DNA of 64,000 nt from Octopus vulgaris (Eukaryota), in contig OX597817.1 of the NCBI GenBank assembly GCA_951406725.2, forward strand, positions 47,740,001 through 47,804,000, given 5' to 3'. The notes under the pieces were generated by a model. That model saw nothing but the letters and a program-made list of their open reading frames with translations, searched no databases and was not told the DNA's origin. The position numbers and the translations under genes are program-made. Positions 51,644 to 64,000 of this stretch are shown in pieces. Within the stretch, counting starts at the first letter, position 1, and each line of letters starts with the position of its first letter.

Positions 51644-52861
51644 GTAGGTAAAACCTTCAACTTTCTGTGTGTATGTGTGTGACGTGTTAATAGTATCCAG
51701 TCCCCACTGTAACATGGTTGGCATTTGGAAGGGCATCCAGCTGTAAAAATCATGCCAAAACTAACCTCACCTGTGCCAGTGCCACGTAAAAAGTACTGAG
51801 TCCTCTCTACAGAGTGGTTGGTGTTAGGAAGGGCATCCAGCCATAAAATCCATGACAAAATAGATACAATAGCCAAGGATAGTTTTTCTACCTGGCCAGC
51901 TCCTGTCAACCATCATACCCATGCATGGACGTTAAACGATGATGATACCGGAGGCACGTAAAAAGCACCATGCAAACCTGGTTGGTGCCAGTGCCCCTCA
52001 CTGGTCCCCATGCCGGTGGTATGTAAAAAGCACCCACTACACTCTCGGAGTGGTTGGCGTTAGGGAGGGTATCCAGCTGTAGAAACCTTGCCATTCCTCA
52101 GTCAAACCGTCCAACCCATGTCAGCATGGAAAGTAGATGTTAAACAATGATATGTATGTGTGTGCTTATTTTATTGTTTCTTCCACGCTTGGTACCCAGT
52201 GTTGGTTTATTTGTGTCCCTGTAACTTGGTGGTTCAGCATAAAATGTCAAATGATGATGTAAAGTTCAACTCTTGCATCTTGATCACCATTTTCCATCCC
52301 CACCCTATAGCTTTTGTGCATTCCTCCTTCAGAATTGCTTGCTTCTAGGAATCACTTTCTGCTCATGTTTTCTTTCCCGGCTGCCACTCAGTGTGCAATG
52401 CAGCAAAATGAAACCCCAACACTACATGGCTACAAAGCAAACTTCTACACAGCCACATGGCGATGCTTGCACCCGTTTAGGGTGCAAACCAATGGTTTGA
52501 ACAGAATCTGAGACAAGATCAACTCTGCTAGTGCTGGTGCCACATAAAAAGCATCCAGTCCACATTGGAAAGGTATCCAGCTGTAAAAAAAACCATTTTT
52601 CATGCTAGCATGGGTTGGACTGTTCGACCAGGGTCTGGGAAACCAGGAGGTTGCACCAGGTTCCAGTCTGATATGGCAGTGCTTCTACAGCTGGATGCTC
52701 TTCGTAACGCCAACCACTCTGTGAGTGTAGTGGGTGCTTTTTACATTCCACCAGCACTGGGGCCAGAGGGGGCTGGCAGTGACCACAATGGGTTGGTGCT
52801 TTTTATGTTCCACTGGCACAGAAGCTAGTCACGGCAGCATATAAATATATATATATATACA

Positions 52862-53876
52862 CAGTAATCCCTCGCCATATCGTGGTTCCCCTATTGCAGT
52901 TTATTATTTAAGCTTACATCAATTCCTCCTTGGTGTTTATTTTGCATTTATAATAAAATAAATATATACAAATTATAAAAATAATATTTTTTTAAATATA
53001 CAGTACGTAGGAGTGGCTGTGTGGTAAGTAGCTTGCTTACAAACCACATGGTTCCGGGTTCAGTCCCACTGCGTGGTACCTTGGGCAAGTGTCTTCTACT
53101 ATAGCCTCGGGCCAACCAAAGCCTTGTGAGTGGATTTGGTAGACAGAAACTGAAAGAAGCCCGTCGTATATATGTATATATATATATCTCTTTCTCTTTT
53201 ACTTGTTTCAGTCATTTGACTGCGGCCATGCTGGAGCACCGCCTTTAGTCGAGCAAATCGACCCCGGGACTTATTCTTTGTAAGCCCAGTACTTATTCTA
53301 TCGGTCTCTTTTTGCCGAACCGCTAAGTGACGGGGATGTAAACACACCAGCATCGGTTGTCAAGCAATGCTAGGGGGACAAACACAGACACACAAACACA
53401 CACATACATATATACGACAGGCTTCTTTCAGTTTCCGTCTACCAAATCCACTCACAAGGCATTGGTCGGCCCGGGGCTATAGCAGAAGACACTTGCCCAA
53501 GATGCCACGCAGTGGGACTGAACCCGGAACCATGAGGTTGGTTAGCAAGCTACTTACCACACAGCCACTCCTGTGCCTATGTATGTGTGTGTATATGTTT
53601 GTCCCTCCAACATCGCTTGACAACCAATGCTGGTGTGTTTACATCCCCGTAACTTAGCGGTTCGGCAAAAGAGACTGATAGAGTAAGTACTGGGCTTACA
53701 AAAGAATAAGTCCCGGGGTCGAGTTGCTCGACTAAAGGCGGTGCTCCAGCATGGCCACAGTCAAATGACTGAAACAAATAAGAGTAAAAGAGTACAGTAC
53801 TGTTTCTACTTCGCAGATTTTCACCTATCACAGGGGGTTTTGGAAGGTAACACCTGCAATAGTTGAGGGGTTACTG
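52862..53876. mobile_element. Tigger/pogo-like MITE containing two nested, opposed SINE A copies
   Basis: TIR CAGTAATCCCTC / GAGGGGTTACTG; outer SINE flanked by TACAGTAC duplication (52999-53006, 53793-53800); inner minus copy ~53187-53577. Confidence 0.75.
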
Positions 53877-53947
53877 TAAATAAGGAGAAGGAGGAAACCT
53901 AGTTGCCATCTATTAATGTTTTTTGTCTATTTTCTTTCTGTCGCTAG

Positions 53948-54063
53948 ATATCAACAGCATGGCAGAACAGATAGCATCCATCCACCAGTTGACCATTGAA
54001 GATCTGAAGGTCAGTTTAGTCTGTGAATGGTTAGAAACTAACAAGACCGAAGATGTTGATATG
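53948..54063 (+). CDS. KNTC1: KNTC1 exon (INSMAEQIASIHQLTIEDLKVSLVCEWLE...VDM)
   Basis: ctag/gtaatt; resembles DIHAAAKEIA...LLEKWL. Confidence 0.92.
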
Positions 54064-55609
54064 GTAATTATTGCATGTTTATCATTTGTTTGACCGCTTC
54101 TCTGAAAATCCTTCTACACCACATTCGATGACTGGCATCCATGCTAGTGGAGCGCCAAGATCACCATCCAAGCGTGATCGTTGCCAGAGCAGCTAACTGG
54201 CTTCTGTGCCAGTGGCACATAGAAAGAACGGTCCGTGCGTGATCGTTGCCAGCGTCGCCTTAGAGCGAGGTCGTTGCCAGTGCAGGTGACACGTAAAAAA
54301 TACCATTTGAGCATGGCCATTGCCAGTACCGCCTGACCGTCTCTCGTGCCGGTGGCATGTAAAAGCACCCACTACACTCTCGGAGTGGTTGGCATTAGGG
54401 AGGGCATCCAGCTGTAGAAACTCTGCCAGTTCAAGAGCCTGGTGCAGCCATCTGGTTCACCAATCCTCAGTCAAATCATCCAACCCATGCTAGCATGGAA
54501 AATGGATGTTAAATGATGATGATGATTTGCATATATTTACACATTATCCTCATACATCATATTTACTTATGCATATCGGCACAAGCATGGCTGTGTGGTA
54601 AGAAGTTTGCTTTCCGCTTACATGGTCTTGGGTTCTGTCCCACTACATGGCACTTTGGGCGAGTGTCTTTTACTAAAGCTCCATGAGTGGATTTCATGCA
54701 CGGAAACTGAAAGATGCCCATCATGTGTTTGTAAGGGCATGCAGCTGTAGAAACCAAATCAAAGCAGACTATGGAACGTGGTGCAGCTCCTGTCAAACTG
54801 CCCAACCCATGCGAGCATGGAAAACGGATGTTAAATGATGATGGGTTGAGGGGGTGTGGCAAGTATGTGTGTGATTGAGTTTCCTCGTCACCAGCACCAG
54901 CAGGTCGCCAATTACCTTGCAAGACAAAGGCTTCTCAGCTGGAAGAGGGAGATGGTTCTGAGAGGTTAAAGTATAATGGGGGATAGAGGTGTCTTACTTT
55001 GGAAGAGATGCTTGGTTGTCCCAGAAAGAAAAGAAATGAGTGGGAGGAGAGATAATATTAGAGAGAGAAATAGATGGTATTGGAGATGCATCTGAGAATA
55101 CCCATAGGGTGCAGTGGGAGGAATATAAGTGGTACAGAGGAGATAGGGGTATGTTTCCTAAGATTGTGGGGTGGATATAGAGATGGGGAAGAGGTGGCTA
55201 GCAAGTGACACAAGATACCCTCCTCCAATGACCTCTCTCCTCTTGAAAGACTTCCCTTCTCTTTTTTTGTCTTGTAAGTACTTGGTGATCCTTTCAGGGC
55301 AGGTGCCTCTTAAAAAGAACCCAGTCCACACCGTAAAGCGATTGGTGTTCGGAAGAGCATCCAGCTGTAAAAACCTTGCCAAAACTGACCTAGCCCGTGC
55401 TTGTACCACATAAAAAGCACTAAGTCCACTCTGCTGACTTGTTGGTGTTAGGAAGGGCATCCAGCTGTAAAAATCCTGCCAAAGCAGTCACGGAAGTCTG
55501 GTACAGGCTTCTGTCTGGCTGACTCTTGTGAAACCATCCCACCCATGCAAGCATGGAAGACGGACGTTAAATGATGATGATGATAATGTTGTGTGTTCCA
55601 TCTTTTCAG

Positions 55610-55686
55610 ACAATGACACTTGGTTTTGGTAACATTCATCTCCTGGAACACGACAACAAACAACTAGACGGTGACAATTTTAAACG
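55610..55686 (+). CDS. KNTC1: KNTC1 exon (TMTLGFGNIHLLEHDNKQLDGDNFK)
   Basis: ttcag/gtaatt; phases fit. Confidence 0.85.
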
Positions 55687-56151
55687 GTAATTATTTCATT
55701 TGTTCTCTCTACTTAATATTACTTACTTAAGCCCTTCACTCCATGTGGAGCGTTGGCCATCAGCAATTTCTCTCCCCTGTTCACAATCCCGAGCTTTTTG
55801 TTTTTTTCCCCCCCTTGTTGGATTCTCAGTAATTACTGACGGCACATGCCTGGTCTGCTCTGATAATTGGGTGAAAGTTGATCAGCAAATGCTCTATGGC
55901 AGTCGACAATCGAGGGAAAGATGAGCTGCTACGGATCACACCATCCCAAAGTGTATGCATGTGACCAGTCACCACATGTGAACTTGTATTCCCGCTAAAA
56001 CTCCGAGCATGCTGTCAGAGCCAGCTCACCCCTCTTGCGGTGAATGTTGCCTCAAGGACAAGTAAGTATGTATGTTTTATACATCGAGGTTCTTCTGTAT
56101 ATGTTATATACTAAGGTTTTGTTTTGTTCTTTTTGTGTATTTTTCAACTAG

Positions 56152-56221
56152 TGTTGCATACATCCTCAGGAGTGGAGACATAAAGCACAATATAGCCTTT
56201 CTACTTGGTTACTCTGGAAAG
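56152..56221 (+). CDS. KNTC1: KNTC1 exon (VAYILRSGDIKHNIAFLLGYSGK)
   Basis: actag/gtaagt; resembles RVQYLL. Confidence 0.88.
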
Positions 56222-57419
56222 GTAAGTTTTGTTCAGTTCTGTCAAGTGGGTACCACAACAGTTGGTGCAATTCACTGCTCAATGAAACCGTGACATTGTT
56301 AGCTCTTGAGCTCACTTTGCCAAGTTCACATCATCACAAGGGTTAAGAAAAAAAATCTGTCATTGATCACTCTCTAATCATGAAGGGAAGATATTTATCT
56401 TTTTATCCTCTTATCATCATTTTATGTCCACTTTCCATGTTAGCATGGGTTAGATGGATCATTATGGTCCCAGTCAGTTATTATTAGGAGCTACTGACTC
56501 CTCTCATAGACTGATGCTCTTATATTTCATTTTGGTTTGGTTTCGATATTTGGATGCTCTTATCACTAGCCACTTTGCAGAATGACCTGGGAAATACTGG
56601 CTCTATAGTATGTCCTTAACTTACCCTATGAGTCTTCAGAACATAATAGGGACCCAATTTAATGTATTCCCCTGAAAGACTGAGAAAGCATCTACAGTAT
56701 TAACTGGAATCACTTGAAACTCCTTTTGGGTCACAGCAGTTGTAGAGAATAAGAGCGTAACTCTTACTAAGTTAATAAAACATGATAAACCTTAATTGTA
56801 TTATAAACCTTATTTGTATTTTGTACAATGGGATTTGAAATACTGGTCTGCATATTTATTCTTAGTACATTTTTATCACTTAGCAGATATCAGCACTGAT
56901 AAGCAACCAATTTGTTCACTGAAATTATAACCAAAGCCAGTTGCTTATTTAGGCTCAAAGGTTCAGGTACTTCTGGCTGATGGGACTGCATGTCAAAACA
57001 CCAATGTATCAGGATCCATTGCACCAATGAGTGTGTGTTAACACATTATCATCATAAAAGGGAGAAGTTACATTCCTGTGACATACACACCAGTTACCAG
57101 AATATTTACTTACAAATCTGCTGAAACATTAAGATAAACTTTCTTAATGAGAGCTTAGCAAATTAATGTAAAATATTTTATTAATGAGAGCTTTAAGCTC
57201 TTGCCAAATTTACATAAAGTTATCATAAATATTAATTAATGTAAAATCATAGCTTTAAACAATTTAAAACCGTTGCTCTCAAATTTGGACACAAGGCTAG
57301 CAATTTGAGGAAAGGGAGCTAAGTCAAACTCGGAATATAAAAACAAACGAAATGCTGCTAAGCATTTTGCACAGTGTGCTAATGCTTCTTCCAGCTTATT
57401 ACTTTGAATTCCAATATCT

Positions 57420-58030
57420 TAAATCCTGGTTTTTCCCCGTCAATGGGAGTGGTCAGATCTACCCCACTCTTACAGCAACCGCTCTCACACCATCTTGTGC
57501 AGTTTTCGGCATCCTCTCTCCTCAAGTCAACTCTCCCAATCTCCTTTTCCACCTGTCCCCTCCACGTTTTCTTTGGTCAACCTCGCTTTTGCGGTTCGTT
57601 CACTTTAAACTCAAGTACTCTCCTCAGAACATGATCCACATCCTTCCTCAACACATATCCATACCACCACACTCCATTCACCCTTGCCAGCTGTTCCACC
57701 GATTCCTCCAACCCCCAGCATCCCCAGCCCTTGGCCCTCTTTTTACCCAATAGTTTCACACCGCACATTGCTCTCTTGGTCCTTCTCAAAATTGCCCTTT
57801 CACTTTCCCTCAGACACCATGTCTCACCCCCATACAGCACTGCAGATCTCATGCAACTCCAATAAACCCTTCCTTTCATCTTCAAGGAGAACCTTTTCCC
57901 ATATAATAACACTCCACATTCCCTGAACATCACCCAGCCAAGTCTTGCTCTTGCTGTCACAGCTGCTTCACATCCCCCACTTACATCCACCCGATCTCCC
58001 AAATAACAAAACCCTCTCACCGTTTCCAAT
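57420..58030 (-). mobile_element. 3' fragment of an RTE-clade LINE
   Basis: FCYLGDRVDVSGGCEAAVTARARLGW..F...KGRVY...RSAVLYGGETW is typical of the post-RT region of RTE ORFs; decays into frameshifts. Confidence 0.85.
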
Positions 58031-58489
58031 GTAAAACTGTTATAAATATATTTCATTGGCAATGTTATCAGGGAGCGAATTAGCAGAATCATTAGGGTCT
58101 CACTAAAATACGTCCTGATATTTCCTCTGTCCCTCTGCACTCTGAGTTCAAGTCCTGCTATGGTCAACTTTGCCTTTCATCTTTTTTGGGGGGAATCAAT
58201 AAAATAAAGTACCAGTTGAATACTAAGGTCAATGTAATTGACTTTCTTCCATTCTCAACATTGCTGGCCTTATGCTGAAATTAGTAAAAGTTAATTGAAA
58301 TCATATCTGACTAGGCCTGACGAAGCCTTCCAGCTTCACAGACCCCAGTTGACCCGTCCAACCCATGCTAGCATGGAAAACGGACGCTAAACGATGATGA
58401 TGATGATATTAGATTTTTGAAATGACTGCGTTAATTAATTTGCTGCTGTTGTTTTTTTTTTTTAATTCTTTTTTTTTCTCTCTGTGTAG

Positions 58490-58608
58490 CCTAAAAACTC
58501 AGTATCAATGTCAAGTGTGTGCCAACTTAAGGCCCTCCTCTGTATGTTTGACGTGGCATCAATAGAGGAAATTACCAAAACCACATCCATGACTCTTGAA
58601 GAGATCAG
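58490..58608 (+). CDS. KNTC1: KNTC1 exon (PKNSVSMSSVCQLKALLCMFDVASIEEITKTTSMTLEEI)
   Basis: tgtag/gtttgt; resembles RALQCLFYLADKETI. Confidence 0.9.
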
Positions 58609-60884
58609 GTTTGTGCTATTACAATTCATAATTACTGCGTAATTAATCTTTCTGTGTTTTTCGTTAGCGTCTGTGTGTTTCCATAAAATGGAAAGAAACT
58701 AAAGTGGGATACTACAATAATGAACCTCGTTCATGTGAGAGAATGATGTTGAGGCTGAGAAATGTGACGCAGGGTGCCACTGCCGCAGAGCAGCAAATCT
58801 TGTCACTCATTGCTCAAAACCCTTGTACTCTGCTTTCATCCTGTTGCTAGATTTTGTGGTGTTTTCTGTGGTGTTACATGAAGTTTTGGCTAAAGTTTTA
58901 TGGACAGCTGCCTTTGTCGTATCTTAGGACAATGATCGTAATTTAACAACTGCTTTTTCATGCTTGCATGAGTTGGGCAGAGTTTATTGAAGCATATTTT
59001 ATATGGCTGGATGCTCTTCCTGTTGCCAATCCTCATCTACTTCCAAGCAGTTTGTCTCCCACCACTTCTTGATAAACAGTGTTGGTGTGTTAAGATCCCC
59101 ATAACTTAGCAGTTTCACAAAAGATACCGATCGAATAAGTACAAGGCTTTCTACCAAAAAAAAAAAAATGCAGGGGTAAATTTGCTCGACTAAAATTCAA
59201 GGAAGTGCCCCAGCGTGGCCACAGTCTAATGACTGAAACAAATAAAAGATCAAAGAACGTCTGTAAAGGTGCAGAGCATCTGTTCAACACAACAACAAAG
59301 AGGATCAACAGATCTCCACTTCACTCGGACTGTGAGGTTAATTGCTTTAATTTTTTTTTTTTTAATCTGTTATCTTTTTATGTTTCAGTCAGACTAGATC
59401 CTTGCAAACCTTGAGAAAGTTCAGTCAAACAAATCAACTCCAGTCCTTAAAATTCTTTTTAAGCTTGGTATTTATTCTCTGTCTATATTGCTGAACTGCT
59501 AAGTTACAGGAACATAACACACCAGCACTGGTTGTCAAGCAATGGTAGGGAACAGACAGACACAAAGGCACACACACACATGTGTGCAATGGGAATTTTT
59601 TTCAGTTTCTTATTTCTTTCTTGCCCACAAGGGGCTAAACACAGAGGGGACAAACAAGGACAGACAAAGGGATTAAGTCGATTACATCGACCCCAGTGCG
59701 TAACTGGTACTGATTTAATCGTCCCTGAAAGGATGAAAGGCAAAGTCCACCTCGGTGGAATTTGAACTCAGAACATAATGGCAGACAAAATACCTATTTC
59801 TATTTCTTTACTACCCACAAGGGGTTACACACAGAGGGGACAAACAAGGACAGATAAACGGATGAAGTCGATTATATTGACCCCAGTGCATAACTAGTAC
59901 TTATTTAATCGACCCCGAAAGGATGAAAGGCAAAGACGACCTCGGCAGAATTTGAACTCAGAACGTAGCGGCAGATGAAATACTGCTAGGCATTTCACCC
60001 GGTGTGCTAATGTTTCTGCCAGCTCGCCACCTTATGTGTGCAATGGGCATTTTTCAATTTCTGTTTACTAAATCAAAATCGAATTGAACCAGCCAGGATC
60101 CCTGGTCTGGTGGTACGTAAAAAGCACCATCCGACTCGTAGCCGATGCCAGCACCGCCTCGTCTGGCTTCCGTGCCGGTGGCACATAAAATACACCAATC
60201 CGACCGTGGCCGTTGCCAGCCTCGCCTGGCACCTGTGCAGGTGGCACGTAAAAAGCACCCACTACACTCACGGAGTGGTTGGCGTTAGGAAGGGCATCCA
60301 GCTGTAGAAACACTGCCAGATAAGACTGGAGCCTGGTGCAGCCTTCTGGCTTCCCAGATCCCCGGTCGAACCGTCCAACCCATGCTAGCATGGAGAACGG
60401 ACGTTAAACGACGATGATGATGATGATGATAAATTCACTCACAAGGCTTTGGTCAGCCCGAGACTAGAGTAGAAGACACTTTCCAAAGGTGCCACGCAGT
60501 GGGACTGAACCTGGAACCATGTGGTTGGAAAACAAGGCAGCGAGCTGGCAGAAACGTTAGCTTGCCGGGCAAAATGCTTAGTGGTAATTTCATCTGTCTT
60601 TACGTTCTGAGTTCAAATTCGCCGAGGTCAACTTAACCTTTCATCCTTTCAGGGTCGATAAATTAAGTACCGGTTGCATAGTGGGGGTGATCTAATTGAC
60701 TAGCCCCCTCCCCAAAAATTTCGGGCCTTGTGCCTAGAGAAGAAAAGAATGTGGTTGGGAAACAAGCTACTTACCACACAGCCACTCCTGTGCTTAATTA
60801 TGTAACTGTTCTTGATTTATTCTTTCATTTATTAAGGTTTGTATTAAATTAATCCACTAATCTTCAAGTGTTCCTTTCCAACAG

Positions 60885-61020
60885 GAGATTAATTCAAAAC
60901 CAGCTGTATATTGTCAACCTGGAGAAATTGAATATTGGCATGACTCCCAAGGGTTTTGAAGACTGCAACAAGGAAAAACTTGCTAAAAGCATTTGGAAGA
61001 ATCAGAGCAATGGCAAAATG
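60885..61020 (+). CDS. KNTC1: KNTC1 exon (RLIQNQLYIVNLEKLNIGMTPKGFEDCNKEKLAKSIWKNQSNGKM)
   Basis: aacag/gtaaaa; resembles KEGMIKGLWKNHS. Confidence 0.93.
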
Positions 61021-61833
61021 GTAAAATCATTTCAAAGAATATTTAAATTTGATAAGACTGTACAAGTCCTTTATTCTTTTACTTGTTTCAGTCATCTGAC
61101 TGTGGCCATGCTGGAGCACTGCCTTTAGTCGGGCAAATCGACCCCAAGAATTAGTAGTAGACTTTGTAAGTCTACTACTAATTCTATCGGCCTCTTTTGC
61201 CGAACCACTAAGTTACGGGGACGTAAACACACCAGCATCGATTGTCAAGCAATGTTAGAGTGGGGACCAAACACACACACACACATATATATATAACGGA
61301 CTTCTTTCAGTTTCCATCTATCAAATCCACTCACAAGGCTTTGGTTGGCCCAAGGCTATAGTAGAAGACACTTGTCCAAGGTGCCATGCAGTAGGACTGA
61401 ACTCGGAATCATGTGGTTGGTAAGCAAGCTACTTACCACACAGCCACTCCTGCACCAATCTCTTTTCACAGTGAAAATATTGTATAGAACATTTGAATTC
61501 TTCCTAATATTAACACAAGGTCAAGATTTTAAACCTTTTACAATCCTCAGTTTCATAACTGTGCGTGCTTTCTCCTATAGCTTCAGGCTGACCAAAGCCT
61601 TAGGAGTGGATTTGATAGATGGAAACTTAAAGAAGCCCATCATATATATATAAGTCCCAGGGTCAATTTTTTTTTTTACTGTAACCCTTTGAGGTGGTAC
61701 CCCAGCATGGCTGCAATCTAATGACTGGAACAAGTAAAAGGAAAAAATACTAGATCAACTGTCAAATATAACCCTGTATAACATAATTTACCTTTATGTC
61801 TGACCAAAGAATATTGTAACATTATTTTTACAG

Positions 61834-61938
61834 GCTCAGGAAGCGGCCATTATAGTTAGTTCCTTGTGCTTTGATTACAAAATTTACAGCTTTACTATGT
61901 GGGAAGCTATCCTTGCCAAAATGAAAAATCTAAATATG
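61834..61938 (+). CDS. KNTC1: KNTC1 exon (AQEAAIIVSSLCFDYKIYSFTMWEAILAKMKNLNM)
   Basis: tacag/gtaagt; resembles LCLEYKIYDLQLW. Confidence 0.93.
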
Positions 61939-63580
61939 GTAAGTACTAGTCTTCATATATCTCCCTCTTTCTCTCTCTCTCTCTCTGTGAAACGGAAATG
62001 CTTATATGACATTGATGCTCATTTACAACTATCATATATCAGGACAAAGGTGCACACACACCTGTGTACATACATACGTCTATATACATATATATTTATA
62101 TACTTTAGGTATGGTAGATGAGTTCAGCAAAAATTTAGATTCAGATGAATATGGTTCTTACATCATCATCATCATCGTTTAACGTCCGTTTTCCATGCTA
62201 GCATGGGTTGGACCGGGGTCTGGGAAGCCAGAAGGCTGCACCAGGCTCCAGTCTGATCTGGCAAAGTTTCTACAGCTGGATGCCCTTCCTAACGCCAACC
62301 ACTCTGTGAGTGTAGTGGGTGCTTTTTACGTGCCAGGGGAGGCTGGCAACAACCACAATCAGCTGGTGCTTTTTACGTGCCACCGGCACGGAAGCCAGTA
62401 AAGGCAGTGCTGGCATCGGTCACGTTCGGATGGTGCCTTTTACATGCCACCAGCACAGAGATCACAACTACAATTTCCATTGATTTTGATGTTGATGTAC
62501 TTGACTCAATAGGTCTCCTCAAGCACAGGGTCAAAACGGTGTTTCTTTACTTGCCACCTGCACAGGAGTCAGTCCAGTGGCACTGGCAATGACTTGTTGC
62601 CAGTCATCGAATTTGGTTCAATTTCAATTTCACTTGCCCCAACAGGTCTTCGCAAGCAGAGTTTAGTGTCCAATGAAGGGAGGTTGTCATGGGTGCCAGT
62701 CGTCGGATGTGACTCGATTTTGATTTCACTTGCCTCAACAGGTCTTCGCAAGCAGAGTTTATATATTTATATATATATGTATATATAAACACATGCAAAC
62801 TCACATATACACACATGTATGTGACAGGCTTCTTTCAGTTTCCTTCTACCACATCCACTCGCAAGGCTTTGGTTGACCAAAGGTTAAAGCAGAAGATACT
62901 TGCCCAAGATGTCCTGCTGTAGGACTGAACCTGAAACCAGATGATCAGGAAGCAAACTTCTTACCACATGGCCTTCTCCCCAACCCCTACATTAACAAGA
63001 ACACCAGAATAGCTTGCATTCCTATAATTCTTTGCCAAGTTTAGAAGCATCTTCACAACATGATAACAGAACCATTAGCACACCAGGTAAAATGCTTAGC
63101 GCCGTTTCATCCGTCTTCACATTCTGAGTTCAAACTGCACCTTGGTCAACTTAGCCTTTCGTTCTTTCAGGGTCGATAAAATAAACTCCAGTTGGTTACT
63201 AGGGGTCATTGTAATTGAGTTACCCCTTCCCCAAAGTTGCTGGCACTGTGCCAAAATTTGAAGCCAATTTTTTAAACATGACATGTTTAAGACTTGGGCC
63301 TCATTGAGGCAGTGACAGGTAACAAAGACCCTTGACAATATACCATACCAGTGGCATGTAAAAACCACCCACTATACTCTCGGGGTGGTTGGTGCTAGGA
63401 AGGGCATTTAACTGTGGAAACATTATCAGATTGAAATGTGGTGCAACTCCCCAGCTTACCAGTTTTCAGTCAAACCATCCAACCCATGCCAGCATGGAAA
63501 GCAGACGTTAAATGATGATGATGATGACAGGCCAACCAAAGCTTTGTGAGATGGAAACTGAAAGAATCCCATTGTATGTA

Positions 63581-64000
63581 CCATAAATCTTCGAGTATAA
63601 TCCGCATTTTTTCCCCAAAATTTAACGGTCAAAATACCTAGTGCATACTATATACAAGGTTAAAAATGAAAAATATTTTCTAAGCAATGTCCAAGTCTCT
63701 ATTTGCTGTCTGGCAATGTTTATTCACATGCATTTTGTGATGTCGGGCACCAAAATACCTTAAGCTAAGCCTGAAAGCAATGAAGTCATAAAAGAATCAT
63801 CCATAACTTGCAGTAAGCAACATTTATTAAAATAAAAGTATTCAGAACACAGAATAACATGTAACAAAAACAATTTGCAAACATTTTTACATTCCCATAT
63901 AACAGTTAAGAACATCACCATCATTGAATTATGCATGCACAGAAGTGTTTGTTCGACTAGGTGCTGCTGGCTTAATTACGCATGATTCAAGTTAGAGAAG
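63581..64000. mobile_element. pogo-like MITE (inverted copy of 31282-31793), cut by window edge
   Basis: TA then CCATAAATCTTCGAGTATAA; internal sequence is the reverse complement of the first copy. Confidence 0.75.

Larger units (their letters stand above)
212..61938 (+). other. KNTC1: KNTC1/Rod gene body (partial; 32 internal coding exons, 1,239 codons)
   Basis: Exons spliced by hand give one open frame with matching phases. Peptides are colinear with human KNTC1 as recalled: HWESKALAVIG~HWEAKAMAVIA, NLPAMIYRL~NLPSMIHDL, VNTYDYETL~LDPYDYEMI, LPSSSATRLAFH~LPSAAQTRLPFH, ALKFC, LYQHPSI~LYEHPSI, IWKNQS~LWKNHS, LCFDYKIY~LCLEYKIY. Confidence 0.95.

Noticed and set aside
57577-58167. 196-aa nested antisense gene
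   Set aside because: Truncated RTE LINE ORF end fused to unrelated upstream sequence.

Overview
AT-rich, repeat-dense animal genomic DNA. The SINE and MITE families suggest an octopus or other coleoid cephalopod (inference). The whole window is the interior of one + strand gene, KNTC1 (Rod, RZZ kinetochore complex subunit). I traced 32 GT-AG exons (3,717 nt, 1,239 codons) in one open frame with consistent intron phases, including a 26-nt micro-exon. Start and stop codons lie outside the window. The introns hold tRNA-derived SINEs, (GAT)n-tailed SINEs, two TTAA-targeting piggyBac MITE families, a decayed piggyBac transposon, Helitron-like elements, pogo/Tigger-like MITEs, a solo LTR, and RTE and R4/Dong LINE fragments. 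The most notable items are a U6(3' part)-5S rRNA-SINE tail chimeric retro-insertion at about 22.9-23.15 kb, several Penelope-type minimal hammerhead ribozyme motifs (one near-intact at 37526-37616), and a local inverted duplication inside a SINE. Nearly all ORF-track entries are repeat-derived noise.
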